Positions 27,611 to 43,740 are shown, counted from the stretch's first letter. The stretch: 64,000 bases of DNA from Eledone cirrhosa (GCA_964016885.1 CAXHJY010001674.1:1-64000); one strand, 5' to 3'. Numbers and translations: made by a program. The notes: generated from the sequence alone by a model not told the origin.

Positions 27611-30542
27611 GATAATGAGCTGCTAACAGTGGCATCAGGAGCCTGTCAGCACAAGGATTGGGGACCTAAATACTGTAAGGCTAGAGTGAAAGTATGCAGT
27701 CGCTGCTCAACATTCTGGTTGTGAAGGATGCGGACTCGTGCGTAAAAGCAGAGAAGTTGTAATGTCTCAGAAGACACAAACATTGCATTGAGGAATTTGA
27801 AAAAAGGAACATTTTAAAACATTAATTCTGTAGCGAAGCGACACCTGTCGTGTGCTTGGGGACGGCTATGCAGAGTTGCCTGCACATGTCTCTGACGTCA
27901 CCAAAAAGTAATACACTCTCCGGCGGCGACTTGCGAAGAGACAACACGCATAATTTTGGAGCTGACTCCTGCCTATGAAGAGATGACTCATGCCATCTCT
28001 CTCTCTTCTTTATACTCTCAAGTCTTGGTGTCGAGACCAACTCACCAACTAGACCATCACGACACGTGGTAAAATATTTCTATTCTGTTATTATTGACTC
28101 CTGTAATATAAAACTTTGTACAAACACGCACCAGCCATTCTTATTCTTTTTAATATTATTATAAGTAATATATATACACCAATACCAGTCATCTAAAATT
28201 CTGTCATAAGAATACCATATAACATGGCTTTTAATAACATTCCAAGCATGTCTACCATCATGCTATATGGCTAAGATCACATCAGGACAACTCAAACGTT
28301 TACTGAGAGCCATGATGCAAGGCAGAGGAAATCGAGATTTTATATGCACAATATAAATTTAAGCAAAGCCTCCCAGTGTGAACAGTTCTGTCAAGCAGTC
28401 GTTACAACATTTTTATAACGCCGTTTTGCAGCAGCAACATCTGCTGCACAAGCTTAAAGCTTGTTTAAACTAATTGAAAACATTGAAATATCATGCGTGT
28501 TATGATGGGTGCTTTGGACTACTAAATTCAAGCAATGGATGAATGCAGAAACACAGTAGAGGGGGGCGTAGTCTAGCCGGAAATAAATGACAGAGAGACG
28601 AATTATGCAGATCAAAGGCTGTTGGGTTGACATCAAAATGGGTCCAGGTGAAAATAGAACTTCCTCAAGAAGATAATAAAGTAGATCTATTGACACTGTA
28701 ACAGTTCCGAATCGATTTCATCTAGCAAGTATTGTATGAAACAATTCAGGAGATTCTTCGCCTCTGGATCATGAGGAGTGCAAACAACGTAGGCCTTCGG
28801 GAATCAGGGATAACATGCGCATCATATTTTCAGAATGCAGAACAAAAGCTGCACGCCCATGCTGGATACATACTGTAATTATTAGTAATTCTAATGAAGA
28901 AGGTCTTCAAAGGAACAATATATAATTCAATGTTGAATTAAAATGCCTATAGAAAGCGCAAAACGAAATTTTGTTTCCGTAGTAGTGCACAACTATACAC
29001 ACATGTTACTAACCATGCAGTTTATATCTGTAACATAGTAACGTTCCTCTCGCATACAATAAGAGTAAGAACATCGAACATATGAAACCCTATTAGTTCA
29101 TCACATGCTTGTCTGTTGAGGGAATGTTCTGCTTATGATATTGTCTATATGACACTGTCGTATAGTCATAGATATCCGTACTGTCAGTTAACCTATGCCG
29201 AATGAACATTTGTTTTTGCTATAACGTAGTCGCCATTAAAAGAAAGGAATTTCTCAGCATAAATGTCTGTATCAATATCATCATCCACTATTGCATCATA
29301 CGTCACAGTTATATCTAGATTATCGTATCACGGGATTTGGAATATAGAAATTTAAGTATAGTGTCGAATGGAGTAAACGACTAGTTATGCTTTTTATATA
29401 CATTCTTGAGTGCGATGCTGACAACATTACTTTCATTTTACTTGTATACATTTGTTGCAGCAGTAATTTTATTGTCGATATATTTTCATAGACAACATAC
29501 GTCAGATTTACCTAGGGTGATTAATCGGCCTCAAGTTTGCTTTATGGTGCGTCTTGGCTATACACACTTAGACTTTATCTTAACTTTCCGATCTATTGTT
29601 TTGTTCTAAATGAAATATTTGTCACACTTCATTGTGTCATTATAAATGGTAATGGAAGGTTTCAACAATTATAGTTTGGAGGTAACAGCTTGTCTATAAA
29701 GGAGAATTTCCCAGCATTTAATTTTAAATGAAGTGAAATCGGTGATCTGAAATACGTATTGTTCGTTTTCCAATCGTTAACATGACTCAAACACTTCAAA
29801 AAAATGCGGTAGAAGAAACGATGAAACCAAATGCTATCACTACACTTCTTCCTTGCAGAATATAAACAGGCAGAATACACTAAAATTGTCGAAAGGATCT
29901 AGATAAATCTTGAAATCAAATGATTTAACTTCGGAATAGATTGCCAAAAATAAAGAGAAAATTTAGTTTCCAGATCTTGCAAATTTGTTGGAAATCGTGT
30001 GTCCTGTACATATGAAAGATGTTTCTACAGCTAGTACATCTGTTTCAACAACCGATTATGGATATTTGAGTATGGCGTCGATTTTAAAAGTCCCTTAATT
30101 TTCAAGTGGGAACAACTGACACCAATCAAACAAACCTGCTCTTACTATTTAATCTCCTCTTTGTAATTTCAACGTTCATCTTTAAACCGCGCTACATCCA
30201 GCTTCTCTTTTCCGTCACACCTATCTTCTAGTTCCATCAAGCATTGTATTCATAGTTGATGGGGAATTTCCATTAAACAAGAGCCCTATTTTTCCTTTCA
30301 GGTTTGATGAGATACTTGTTTATTCCAGGGACTTGAATATTAGACCAAAGTAATTTACGGGAAAAAACTTCACTTCATATGGATAATTTATACAGCATTC
30401 ATATTCCTTATAGTCCCCATTTTGATGAATATCACCTAAAGAATGGAAATGCGAAATCAATGATAGCTACCTTGATCTGTAGAGTTGAGTCACTTCATAA
30501 TAAAATACGTTCATACAATCACATTCACATACCATAACTCAC

Positions 30543-30577
<35 letters not shown>

Positions 30578-30579
<2 letters not shown>

Positions 30580-30750
30580 GAAAAAGTAAGACCCCGACGG
30601 CAGAGCTCAAGCCGTTTCGACCGCTATTTCTGGACTCTGAGCTCTGCCGTTGGGGGTCATACTTTTTCCTATTTCGCACTCTACTACCCTAACTATTGAG
30701 TACTCTGGTGCGTTATGGTCCATCTGGTTCTTTTCTACAATTCCTTTGTT
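30578..30750. mobile_element. Family C fold-back fragment between two (TA)n tracts
   Basis: 30578-30609 is inverted relative to 30638-30670. The minus strand carries GAAA CGGC TTGAGCTCT GCCG TC GGGG. Homologous to 15883-16078. Confidence 0.8.
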
Positions 30751-33700
30751 ATATATAAATATATATATATATATATATAAATATATATATATATTTATAT
30801 TTATATATAGGTGTGTTTATATTACTCAAGATATATAGATGTTTGTATAATAGCTAATGATCAAAGTAGAAATCGTCTCCTATGGTGAGTAGCGTGTTTA
30901 AAGTAGAACGAAAATAGACATAATATTTATCGTTGTTTGTCAGAACTGGTTTGTATGTGGTGCCTGGTAGAAAGGTAAAAATTCCTGAAGGGTATAATTG
31001 CAAACTATCTCAAACCGAAGTCAAAATCTTTAACGGAGTAAGATGTATTTATAATCTATCCGTTACACAGCAAGTATTTAGATGGAAAACTAAAAATAAA
31101 AAATATACAAGTTTATAATCTAAAATTAAAATGTTTGTGAACTGGAAGTGAACTTGCTTGAGACGAATTTAATTCTAACATGAAAATAATAGAAGTTTGA
31201 ACAAAATCTTTAATGTTAACCATTAAAGATCTCGAGAGTAAAAAGCTTTATCAAGAAAATAAAAATAAAGAGAATGATTCTTTTAATATTTCCCAGCATC
31301 TAGAATGTTTTGTTTTCTTTTCATCTTTCGGTGATGTAAGTTTTGCTATGTGGAATCTCGTGATGGTTAATTAACAGTTTCTTCAACTCAGTTGTCAGGT
31401 AAGTAGTTTTCTACCTCCAGGTTATAAATAATATTAAGTTTTATATAATAAAGGGAAGAGAGAAAACATTAATAAAAACACAAACTAACTTAGAAAAATA
31501 CTGTGAACGTTAAAATATACTAGAATATATTTCTAAATAATAAAACATGAATCATCAACAACATGAATTACAACAACAAAATGAGGCCGAATAAGAAAAG
31601 AAATGACAACAAAATCAAGAATCGATGTGAGAAATTAAGAGAAAAAGAAAGTAAGTATTATTTTTCTTTTTTGATTTATATTCCTTTCTACATTTCTTTG
31701 CTTAGTTTCCAGAACATTTCTAAAGAGTTGCAAGTAATTTGATAAGGAAGAGTCACCAAGACTCCACACTGACACGCCAATAACATCAAGTAAACTAGTG
31801 AAATAAATAAAATGCTACAAAATATAAATGAAATCAATACGGCAAGAGAAAAAATAAATCACTTTAAATAGAAACTTGAAAAAAAAACTATTGATAATAG
31901 AAATCAAAACACGTAAAAATGTCAGGAAGGAAAGAAATTTACATATAGTTTAGACTGTAATTTACAAGAGGTGGTACTTTCAAAGAAAACTATGAAAAAA
32001 AAGCAAAAGAAAAACGCCTCCAGTAATTTGAATATATTTATATCGTTGGATCCCAACGACACCACTCCCTTTCCTACACCATATTTACACATATACTACA
32101 GTGCCTCCATCCACGCAGAGTGAATACAGGCAACAGAAATGTGAGTAGAAACAGGTGAGTGTTAGGAAATTAATGTTTTATATTTAGTGAGTTGATAATG
32201 TGGTATGAAGAGATGTTATTTTGAAATAAGAAAAAAAAAAGAAATAATCGTCCAGAGGAATGGAAATTAAAATGAGACTGGACAAAGTATGAAAGGTATT
32301 ACTACTATCTTCTCAGCTATTGTCAAATGATTGGTCATTTTCCTGACTGCTTTAGGGCCATTATAAAGGTGAGAATCTTTAAAAAATGTCCATTGCAGCT
32401 GTAAGGATGTTCATATCACTTAATGTTATTGACGTTACTGTCGTTTTTTAGTCTCAAACATATTTAAGACAAAAGCGAATCCGCTGCCATGACATCTCTA
32501 CATTTTAAACTATGTCTATGTAGCTCGACATTCCCAATGCGTGGTTTTCTTATTCCAAAGAAGCGATGCAGGCATACAGTTTGATCTATTTAGCTGCTAA
32601 GTCTGAAGGTATGAGTGTCCACATAGCAGCATCTTGGTTAACTCCTGTTTGGTGTGATATGATGTATATCACGACATGATAGTGGACATTTCATAGTTAT
32701 ATATATAGTCAACTTCGGCAACAAAATATGAATCAGATACCATGTGTCAGTTATATCGACATTGAGATTAACCCTAAATAATCATTACTTTTCTGACACG
32801 TAAATGTTTCATAAAATTTCGAAGTATTTTACAGTAATACTAATAAAGTGTAATACCACTGATACAATATTAAACTTCTAATCTTAGACACTTCGCTTTA
32901 TATTTCGAAATCAAGAACAACTAAACTTCATGTCATTACATGTTATGCTTTAGGGTCCGTGGACTTATTTTTATCGTAGGACTTTATATTGCTAGCACAA
33001 GAAAAGAACATTTTTCAGTGTGGTGGTGGTTGAGTATTTGTCATTACCTATTAGCTACAGGGAATATTTATCAAGGAGACTTAGGAATTGTGCCCACATT
33101 TGTTTTATGATTGATAGAGGAACCATATGATAGACATATGCTAGCATTTCCATTCTAGAGAGTAATTTGCTCTATCAGAGAATCCCATGTCATTTAGAGC
33201 TGTGTCATGAAAGCGGGCTGCTCCGTGAAAAAAGGTTTATTCGAAGAGAGGTACGAGATCCTCTTACTGATGCTCCTATTGAAGATTTTAGAAGACTATA
33301 GGAGAATGACATGCAATATTTTATAGGTAACTGGGTCTTTAGATTCACTTTCGGAATTATGTTTTCTGTTTGTACCCAGATCTTGGGGAAAAAATATTAA
33401 TTCTAGTGAGGTTTGTAGCCATAGTAATCTTTAGTCCTAGAATTTAAGGTAGCTTTTAGGTATTTTTAAAGGTGCCGAGGACAAGACACTTTTTATATTT
33501 CGATAGGGCCAAGCAATGGTTACGTTATAAACCCGTATGGAAGTATGGACATGTTATACGTAGCGTATTTAAATTATAAAACCCCACCACATCGCATACG
33601 TTACTACTACCAAATGGTCCCAATTGATACATCGAATAGATCATCGGAAGATGATTTCATTTACTTGGGTAACAACATTGTTAAAGCGAGGATATTTTTC

Positions 33701-36334
33701 TATACGGAAATATATATAGGATATCTAAGTCATACTCTAGTATAGTTAACTGCGAATTCTAGTAAATATTCATCATTTGACAGACTTATTCCGGAGTATA
33801 TTCTTACATTACATTACTGCATTTTTGTGTATGAACTATTCACCTCGTTGATAAAGTACGCGAAATTTTAATGCGTGAATTGGATTTTATTTTCTTCTTC
33901 CATTCGATAAATGAGGTTTAGATAATTTCGGAGAATACATCGGTTTAGTACTGAGTAAGTAAATGGTCACCCATAATGGTGAACATCCAGAAATAGGTAT
34001 TTTCTTTTTTTTGACATAATCATATCTAATATGGTTTCATACACAACCCTATGTTTGCAATACTGGGAATATATATATGTTTATATGTGTGTGTATGTGT
34101 ATATATACCTATGTGAGTGTGCTTATATATACATATATATATATGTGTGTGTTGTGGGGGCACTTGCATGTGTGCGTGGACTTCAACATATGCACTACTG
34201 CCTAGCATACATAAAAAAACACTTTTACAAATACACATATGGAAACATAAACAATCATATATAAAGAATTATTGAAACAAACAGTTTTATCTTCTCTTCT
34301 AAGTTTTTTTTAATAGTTCCAATGCTTTATCCTTTTTCTTTCTCATTTTTTATACATTTAAAATATTTATAATGTATTTCTTTTTAATCGTTGTCAAACA
34401 TTCATAAAAAAGTTTTTTTAAATATTTGAATTCGAAATAGAAATATCCTGAGAAAATAACACAAATATATGTTACAACCACCCACATATGTGTCGTATAT
34501 ATCTAAACAATAAAGATAAATAGGAAATGAAAAAAAAGTCAAACTGAATAAATCAGTATTCTAGTCTTTCAGGTTGAATAGATAATATCTTTGGGCTGTC
34601 AGTTTCGTGTTTCCAGAAATGTACAGTCATTCATGCAGTACCAGAAATCCACTAAACAATGGAAACATATTAAGTGGCAAACAAACAACGTACATAACTA
34701 TGATGTCAACTTAAACGAAAGGAAACCGACGGTTCGTCTCAAGAAAGAAATATTGTAACACGCGACTTTATATATACCATGAAGTATATATATATATATA
34801 TATATATACAAATATATATATAAATATATGTGAGTGTGTGTATTTATATGTATGTGAGTATGTGTGCTTTTGTAGTTCCTAACACCTATGCAACACATAT
34901 GCCATAATAATGGTATTATGTTTGCATTAAAGGAAAAGAAAAGACATGTAATTTAATTGACATATACACGTGTTTCATGAAATATATATTCTCCGTATAC
35001 AAATCAAGACGATGAGATAGAAACCGATGCCCGAATATCCACATATTGATACACCAACAACCGTTTGGAAAATAATGTAGAAATAGTCTATTCGTTAGAA
35101 TTTGTCATTCAACAGCAACAATTTGCAAACAGGACAACAGTTGGCAAAGAGTATGCACATCTTCATTGCCTTTTCGGGTCCATCGTGTCTGCGCTTTCTC
35201 TTTTCCCCCTTAATTTTGTGAAGTATGGAATATACATAGAGTGTGTATATATGTTAGTTGTATATGCGTTCATTTATGTTTCAGTTATATGTGTCCATGG
35301 TATACTAAGTTGATTTTTGACGAGGAGTGAGTTATATATGTTTGCACTTATATGTGCTTTCTGTGGGAATGCTGACAGCCGGTGTAAGTTTGTGTGAAAG
35401 GAGTGGGTTTATGTATATGGTGTTCTATAGATTGTGTATGCGAAGACATTGTATTTGCATGCGTGGTTGTGTGTATATGTACTTCATTTCTTCGTTTGGT
35501 ACTCGCTTGCACATGTTGTATATGTGTGAGCGTGTAGCTGTTCATGTCTATATGTGTACTAAAGACATGTGTGTCCTCTAATATACATGTGTGTGTGTGT
35601 ATAAAACCACAACTGGAATGTGTGTGTTGTCACACGTGTGACTACGTTGCAAGTTTGTGTGTGTTTCGTTCGTTTCTAATTAGTACAGGTGTGTAAATGA
35701 CAGGTGATATTTATATATGCTGTTGTTCTGTGTGTGTTAGATCGCGTTTTTAATTTGTCGGCATATTCAGTAATGTATATTTGTTTGTATGTGTGTTTAG
35801 AATCTGGGTGTATGTGATTGTACCTCTTTGCAAGTTCGATAACTGGGTGTATATGTGTATTTGCATTTTTATGTGTCAATGTTGTCTGTAGTGTTTGTAT
35901 TGGTTTATGTCCTAATAATAATGTAGGGGCATGTGTTGCAAACAATAGATTCATTATTCGTTTTGTCTGTGTGGTTAAACTGTTGTTATGTATGTTTAGG
36001 TGTGTGGTTTGTAACAAGATAGGTACAAGAAAATGTAGCCGGAAATTCTCTGCGAGGAAACAGTCGTGATTAAATATGTTATGATAACGTCATTCAAACT
36101 GAAAGAAATAAGAGCCAAAAGCTCATTTAAATCACACCCACACTCGTTATAAGCATACTGAATTATCCACTCCATATTCCCCAACACATAGAGAAAGGTG
36201 CCGAATTGTCACGATTGGAATAACGGTGCACATAAATATTCCCGTTCAGATTTCACTAGGAGTTAATTATTTGAACATATTTAATATTCCTTGTATATAG
36301 ATGTAGTATATATCCTTTCAATTAATATTCTCAT

Positions 36335-36472
36335 GGGCGGCAAATTGGCAGAGGGTTGGAAAGCATGCTTTCCTGTATTCATTCCGGCTGTCTGCTCTTT
36401 AAGTTCAAATCACACCGGGGTCAACTTAGTGTTTCATGCTTCGATAAGAAAGGTACCAGTTTAGTCCTGTGG
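36335..36472 (+). mobile_element. Old degenerate tRNA-derived SINE, same superfamily as the 51.6, 57.8 and 58.4 kb copies
   Basis: GGGCGG..TGGCAGA head, B-box-like GTTCAAATC, GGGGTCAACTT and GATAA..GTACCAGT. Confidence 0.6.
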
Positions 36473-37096
36473 TTCATTACTCCTATATATCTCACTCACT
36501 ACCTTTCTATCCTCCTTTGGAAGAAATCTGTAGTTTTCAAATCAGGAGAGGGTATTGCTCCGCCAGCCTTAAAATAACCAGGAAATGCCATATGCCACTA
36601 CAGTACCCCTACAACTTGACCTCGCGTTACGATACCATACATACATAGTTTATTTTGCTATGAGAAAAAAGGAATATTTAAATATCTAAGTAGGGTCCGA
36701 TTCGAGACGACCAGCAAAGTAAAATAGATTGTGGTGAACCGGGTACAAAATAACTCCCCCAAAACCATGTTTATAGATATCGCATTTAAATAGACGTCAT
36801 GTTCCTTTGTTCTATTCAGTATGACTTCTAAAAAACGTGTTATCTCCCTCCACCATATTTAAGATGATGAGTTGAAGGTTTATACAAATGATAAATTGAA
36901 TCCTGTAATACACTTTTCAATGCTACGTAATTTGAAACACTTCTGAGAGAAGTATTTTTTTCTAAGGGCATAGGCAATTCTAGGATATCAACGAATGGAA
37001 TTATCTATTTGCTATTGATATAGTAATTGTTATCAGCAATTGCTTTCCATCTTATTTCTCATACTACACAACATTAATGTTCCCTTTACTTGCTGT

Positions 37097-37215
37097 GAAG
37101 GCGTGTGGCTGAGTGGTTAGAGAATTGAATTCGCCATCGTGAGGTTGTGAATTTGAATCATGGACCAGGCGATGCATTATGTCCTTGAGCAAGACACTTT
37201 GTTTCTCGTTGCTCC
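37097..37215 (+). mobile_element. tRNA-derived SINE with a CORE-like domain
   Basis: A box TGGCTGAGTGG, decayed B box TTTGAATC, and TGTCCTTGAGCAAGACACTT at 37180-37199. Confidence 0.7.
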
Positions 37216-37381
37216 TTCTACCTGGAGCTGCGACCGATAGATAGTATTAGCAATTGGAAAGACCAACGGAAACATTCTTTCCTAGGTCCGATTTGACGAA
37301 AGTCGATCCTTCCTTTAGTAACAGCTGTTACTAAAATTGCTTAAGTGGAACATAAAAGTCAAATATGTGCTTCATGTTAAG

Positions 37382-37439
<58 letters not shown>

Positions 37440-39055
37440 GAATGTGTACTTTTAATATTTTGGGGGTTTCTCAACGGCAGTAGAATCGCAAGAACCCTGA
37501 AATATCTGACTAATTATTAAATAGTGTTTGCGTAATCTCGTTGCATTATGAGTTCAAATACCGCCCAGCTCCCTACATTTTTGCAAAGTAATCGATTTTT
37601 AGCTCTTGTGCAAATATTTTAAAAAAATCATATATTCTAGATTTGTGGTTTTTATAAAATATGGTAATTTTATATATTGAAGAACTATAATATATTTATG
37701 TAGTAGACATGAAAATATATTGTGCTGCATTTGAATACATGTACTATTGTTTACCTTGAATTATTTGTATTCTGATTGAAGATCATTGCTAGATAAAATA
37801 TTATTTTATTAAGAAGTTGTCGCTAAATTCAAATTATTGTTCAGATCCTTTGCGCACACCACCCACTCCTCGCATCCTACAGGTGAAATATTTATAGACG
37901 CATTGATACAATTGATACAAAGTGATACATTTATTGAATCAAGGTGCTTAATATCACTTTATAAATGACAACCTCCCATTAATATACTGTTTATTAGTTT
38001 ACTTGATTATGTAATCACTGGATTTAGAAAACATTCTTATCTTAAATAACTTCATTGATCATAGTTGTTTAAACATCGATCGTGACTAATTGAATAGACT
38101 TATGAATATCTCGTCACCCTACCAGAAACAGTTTCATTTGTGCCACAATATAATGTTTTCCCAGTTCAAAGAACTGATGTCTAATATGCGAGAAATATAG
38201 CAGATTTACTAGTACATCAAACAAAATAGAATCATGCGCTCTGTAAATGATATGCTGATCTATGTCTATTACCTGTCCTGCCTAATATCTCAGATCCACC
38301 CTGGTTTAGCTTTAAAATATGCCCCCTCAGTTCAAACAATATCGCTTCTAAAATGTGACACTACAGGGAAACGAAAGGTTAAAATGCCATGGAAATGTTG
38401 CAATCTCTGGTGAACATTTCTCGTATAAAAAAACAACAACATATTTCTTTTGATTCTGCATCATAGATACCCCATAAGGTGTGTGTGTGTGTGTGCGTGT
38501 GTGTATGTGTCTGTGTGTGTGTGTGTAGATGTCGAGTCTTCTACAATGTTAAATGTAGTATTAATGGCATGGTGATTTTAGAATGATGCAATTCATAGAG
38601 GATATTTTATACATTCAACATAAGTAATGCACGAAATAGATCAAACAGAGTTTGTTGAAGTATTTTAGAAGTAGTACACACCCACACACAGAATATATCA
38701 TATATATATATATATATATACACACGCGCGTGTGTATATGTGTCTTTGTGCGTATGTATGTGTGTATATATATATTTATGTTTGGTTATATATTGTCTAT
38801 TATTCTGAAATGAAAACACTATCAATATTGAAGTAAGTGATGCATCGCTGCAAGTAATCCATCGCTGTTGATATAATTTGTATGAGCTAATATTAGCAAG
38901 TACAGACACAGAAATTCAAACAAAATCTTAAACAGGAACAAAGACGTATACATATATATATATATATATATATACTTATTTATATATACAGTAGACATAG
39001 ATGCAATTCAATCCAACTATATACCCCCCCACACACACATACATCTCCCTCTCTC

Positions 39056-39111
<56 letters not shown>

Positions 39112-39830
39112 TGCAGAGGTATATGTTTGTACGGGTGAGGTTGTGCATTCCAAGGAATATTCCGACGTAATTGTATTTACAAACAAACTTATAATCACAT
39201 ACTTTGACTACGATTGCTGATTAAACCTTTCACAATGATTGTATTGGGTGGAATGTGTTTCAAGTATCAAAATCTTTCTATTTCGAGAGGAATTTCAACA
39301 ATGACTTTTTTTGTTTAATTTATGAAGTTGACCGGATGAAGAAATCTAATGTACAATACGATGTTTTAATCCCCATATGACCAAGGATTTATTTTCCTTC
39401 GTACATGTATTTCTAAATGTAGCATTACATGAATAATTTAATTTATATATCGCCAGGAATTTGTATCTTGTGCGTGCGTAGATGTGTATCGAAATCTAAA
39501 TCCACAAATATGTATGTAACTTAATCATGTAGATACATATTGAACCATCATATAATACTCAATATATACTATAACTAATATATATATATATATATGCAAA
39601 TACATTCATGCATACATACACACAAACACACACATTTATATATTTATATGCGTGTGCGTGTGCGTGTGCGTGATCATTGTACTAATTTACAGTAGGAAAA
39701 TGAGTATGAAATTTATAAATACCATTTTCATGGAGAATCTAACTAAGTACGTATTGAACCATCATGATATATTTCTTTGAGGTACTACGAAGTATTTTTA
39801 TTCAAGTGCAGATTAGACTCGCGGACATTT

Positions 39831-39913
<83 letters not shown>

Positions 39914-40251
39914 AAATATATATATATATATATATAAATATATATATATATAAATATATATATAAATATATATAAATATAAATATATATATAAATATAAA
40001 TATATATAAATACAAATATATTTATAAATATAAATATATATAAATATAAATATATATATAAATATATATATAAATATATATAAATATAAATATATATAAA
40101 TATATATAAATATAAATATATATAAATAGAAATATATATAAATATAAATATATATAAATATAAATATAAATATATATAAATATAAATATATATAAATATA
40201 AATATATATAAATATAAATATATATAAATATAAATATATATAGAATATATA

Positions 40252-40559
40252 GATAGAAGAAAGAAAAGGCACAGAAACGAAGAGAAGAAAGGAATCCCCA
40301 GTCACTGAAGAGGTCACAGAGTGTGTGACTATATATATAAACAACAAACAACTATCTGGTTGTGGAACCAACCAACCAACCAGAAATTTATAAGTTTGTA
40401 GATTTTTAAATTTATAAATTTATAAATATATAATAAATTGAAGTGAAAGCAACTGGTGCGTGTGTTTCTTATTGGCAACATGACCCTCCCAAAGTATAAC
40501 AATATCGGTTTCAACACACGATTTCAGATAAAGAATCTTGCTAAACAAATTCAGAAACT
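40252..40559 (+). mobile_element. PLE family A pseudo-LTR fragment with HHR core deleted and a longer 3' tail
   Basis: Homologous to 17720-17965 but lacks 14 nt (GAAAGAACTATGAC) and extends to ...CAAATTCAGAAACT. Confidence 0.9.
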
Positions 40560-40719
40560 AAATATATATATATATATAAATATATATATATATAAATATA
40601 TATATAAATAAATATATATATAAATAAATATATATATAAATAAATATATATATAAATATATATATAAATAAATATATATATAAATAAATATATATATAAA
40701 TAAATATATATATAAATAT

Positions 40720-40750
<31 letters not shown>

Positions 40751-40781
40751 AATATATATATAAATAAATATATATATAAAT

Positions 40782-40812
<31 letters not shown>

Positions 40813-40923
40813 AATATATATATATATAAATATATATATATATAAATATATATATATATAAATATAAATATATATATATATAAATATATATATATATAAA
40901 TATAAATATATATATATATAAAT

Positions 40924-40954
<31 letters not shown>

Positions 40955-41130
40955 AATATATATATATATAAATATATATATATATAAATATATATATATA
41001 TAAATATATATATATATAAATATATATATATATAAATATATATATATAAATATATATAAATATATATATATATAAATATATATATATATAAATATATATA
41101 TATATAAATATATATATATAAATATATATA

Positions 41131-41178
<48 letters not shown>

Positions 41179-41285
41179 TATATAAATATATATATATAAA
41201 TATATATATATAAATATATATATAAAAATATATATATATAATATATAAATATATATATATAAATATATATAAATATATATATATA

Positions 41286-41417
<132 letters not shown>

Positions 41418-41434
41418 AATATATATAAATATAT

Positions 41435-41571
<137 letters not shown>

Positions 41572-41611
41572 AATATATATATATAAATATAAATATAAAT
41601 ATATATATATA

Positions 41612-41663
<52 letters not shown>

Positions 41664-41688
41664 AATATATATATAAATATATATATAA

Positions 41689-41719
<31 letters not shown>

Positions 41720-41730
41720 AATATATATAA

Positions 41731-41763
<33 letters not shown>

Positions 41764-41934
41764 AATATATATAAATATATATATATAAATATATATATAA
41801 ATATATATAAATTCATATATAAATATATATAAATATATATATGGAAAGTTATATTTAAATTGTTGGGTTACAACTAGTAAATATTTATAACTGATATAAA
41901 AGCACTCAACAAGTATTTGGAGTATATTATAAAT

Positions 41935-42109
<175 letters not shown>

Positions 42110-42124
42110 AATATATATAAATAT

Positions 42125-42155
<31 letters not shown>

Positions 42156-42242
42156 AATATATATATATAAATATATATATATATAAATATATATATAAAT
42201 ATATATATATATAAATATATAAATATATATATATATATATAA

Positions 42243-42309
<67 letters not shown>

Positions 42310-42321
42310 AATATATATATA

Positions 42322-42361
<40 letters not shown>

Positions 42362-42512
42362 AATATATATATAAATATATAAATATAAATATATATATAT
42401 AAATATATAAATATATATATATAAATATATAAATATAAATATATATATATAAATATATATATATAAATATATAAATATAAATATATATATATAAATATAT
42501 ATATATATAAAA

Positions 42513-42545
<33 letters not shown>

Positions 42546-42559
42546 AATATATATATATA

Positions 42560-42591
<32 letters not shown>

Positions 42592-42802
42592 AATATATAT
42601 AAATATATATATATATATATAAATATATATAAATATATATATATATAAATATATATATATAAATATATATATATAAATATATAAATATAAATATATATAT
42701 ATAAATATATATAAATATATATATATATAAATATATATATATATAAATATATAAATATAAATATATATATATAAATATATATAAATATATATATATATAA
42801 AT

Positions 42803-42833
<31 letters not shown>

Positions 42834-42880
42834 AATATATAAATATATAAATATAAATATATATATATATAAATATATAA

Positions 42881-42925
<45 letters not shown>

Positions 42926-42944
42926 TATATATATAAATATATAT

Positions 42945-42976
<32 letters not shown>

Positions 42977-43071
42977 ATAAAGTTTCTGAATTTGTTAGCA
43001 AGATTCTTTATCTGAAATCGTGTGTTGAAACCGATATTGTTATACTTTGGGAGGGTCATGTTGCCAATAAG

Positions 43072-43435
43072 CCCCTGTAAAATAAGCCCCCATATTAACT
43101 GTAAAACTAGAAATGTAGTATATAGCATAAGATGTACTGAAGTACAATGTAGAAACAAAAATATAGTGTACATAGGTGAGACAGCTCGTAGTATAGGGGA
43201 ACGAATAAATGAACACTGGCGAGACCTCCAAGATAATAAAGAATCATCTGTGCTCTACCAACATGCTAAGATAGAACACAGGGGTAAATTAGAGAGCATA
43301 GAAATAAAAATAGAATCCACACACAAGAAAGACGCAATGTTTAGGCAAATTACACAGGCAGTAAGCATAAAAGAATTAAAACCAAAATTAAATAGAAAAT
43401 ATGAGTGGAACACCAACATCACAACTTACAATTAA
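43072..43435 (+). pseudogene. GIY-YIG endonuclease domain of a truncated PLE ORF
   Basis: [36 protein letters not shown]; has ITQA in place of ITEA at the likely catalytic Glu. Confidence 0.9.
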
Positions 43436-43740
43436 GGACAAAATGAAAACACACACACACATAGAACAAACAACTTACAATTGAAAACACACACAAAATG
43501 AAAACACACACAAGACAAAATGAAAACACACACACACATAGAACAAACAACCAACCAACAATAAATAAATAAATAAACAAACAAATAGAAAAATATAAAT
43601 AGAAAAATAGAAAAATGAACACAAACACACACAGACACCCGGATGTGGCGCATGCGCAAACTGAGCACGCAACCCACACACAAACAAAATGGCGTAGGAT
43701 AGAAGAAAGGAAAGGCACAGAAACGAAGAAAGAAATCCCC

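Noticed and set aside
27828-28165. GC-richer island starting TGTAGCG, possibly a solo LTR
   Set aside because: No clear terminal CA, TSD, PBS or second copy.
29640-32160. Scattered splice-like sites (TTTCAG, CAGGTAAGT, CAGGTGAGT) suggesting host exons
   Set aside because: No coherent open frame or recognisable protein; RNA-seq would be needed.
33265-33310. CTGATG followed by the hairpin CTCCTAT/ATAGGAG, HHR-like
   Set aside because: The core is incomplete and there is no GAAA, stem III or stem I.
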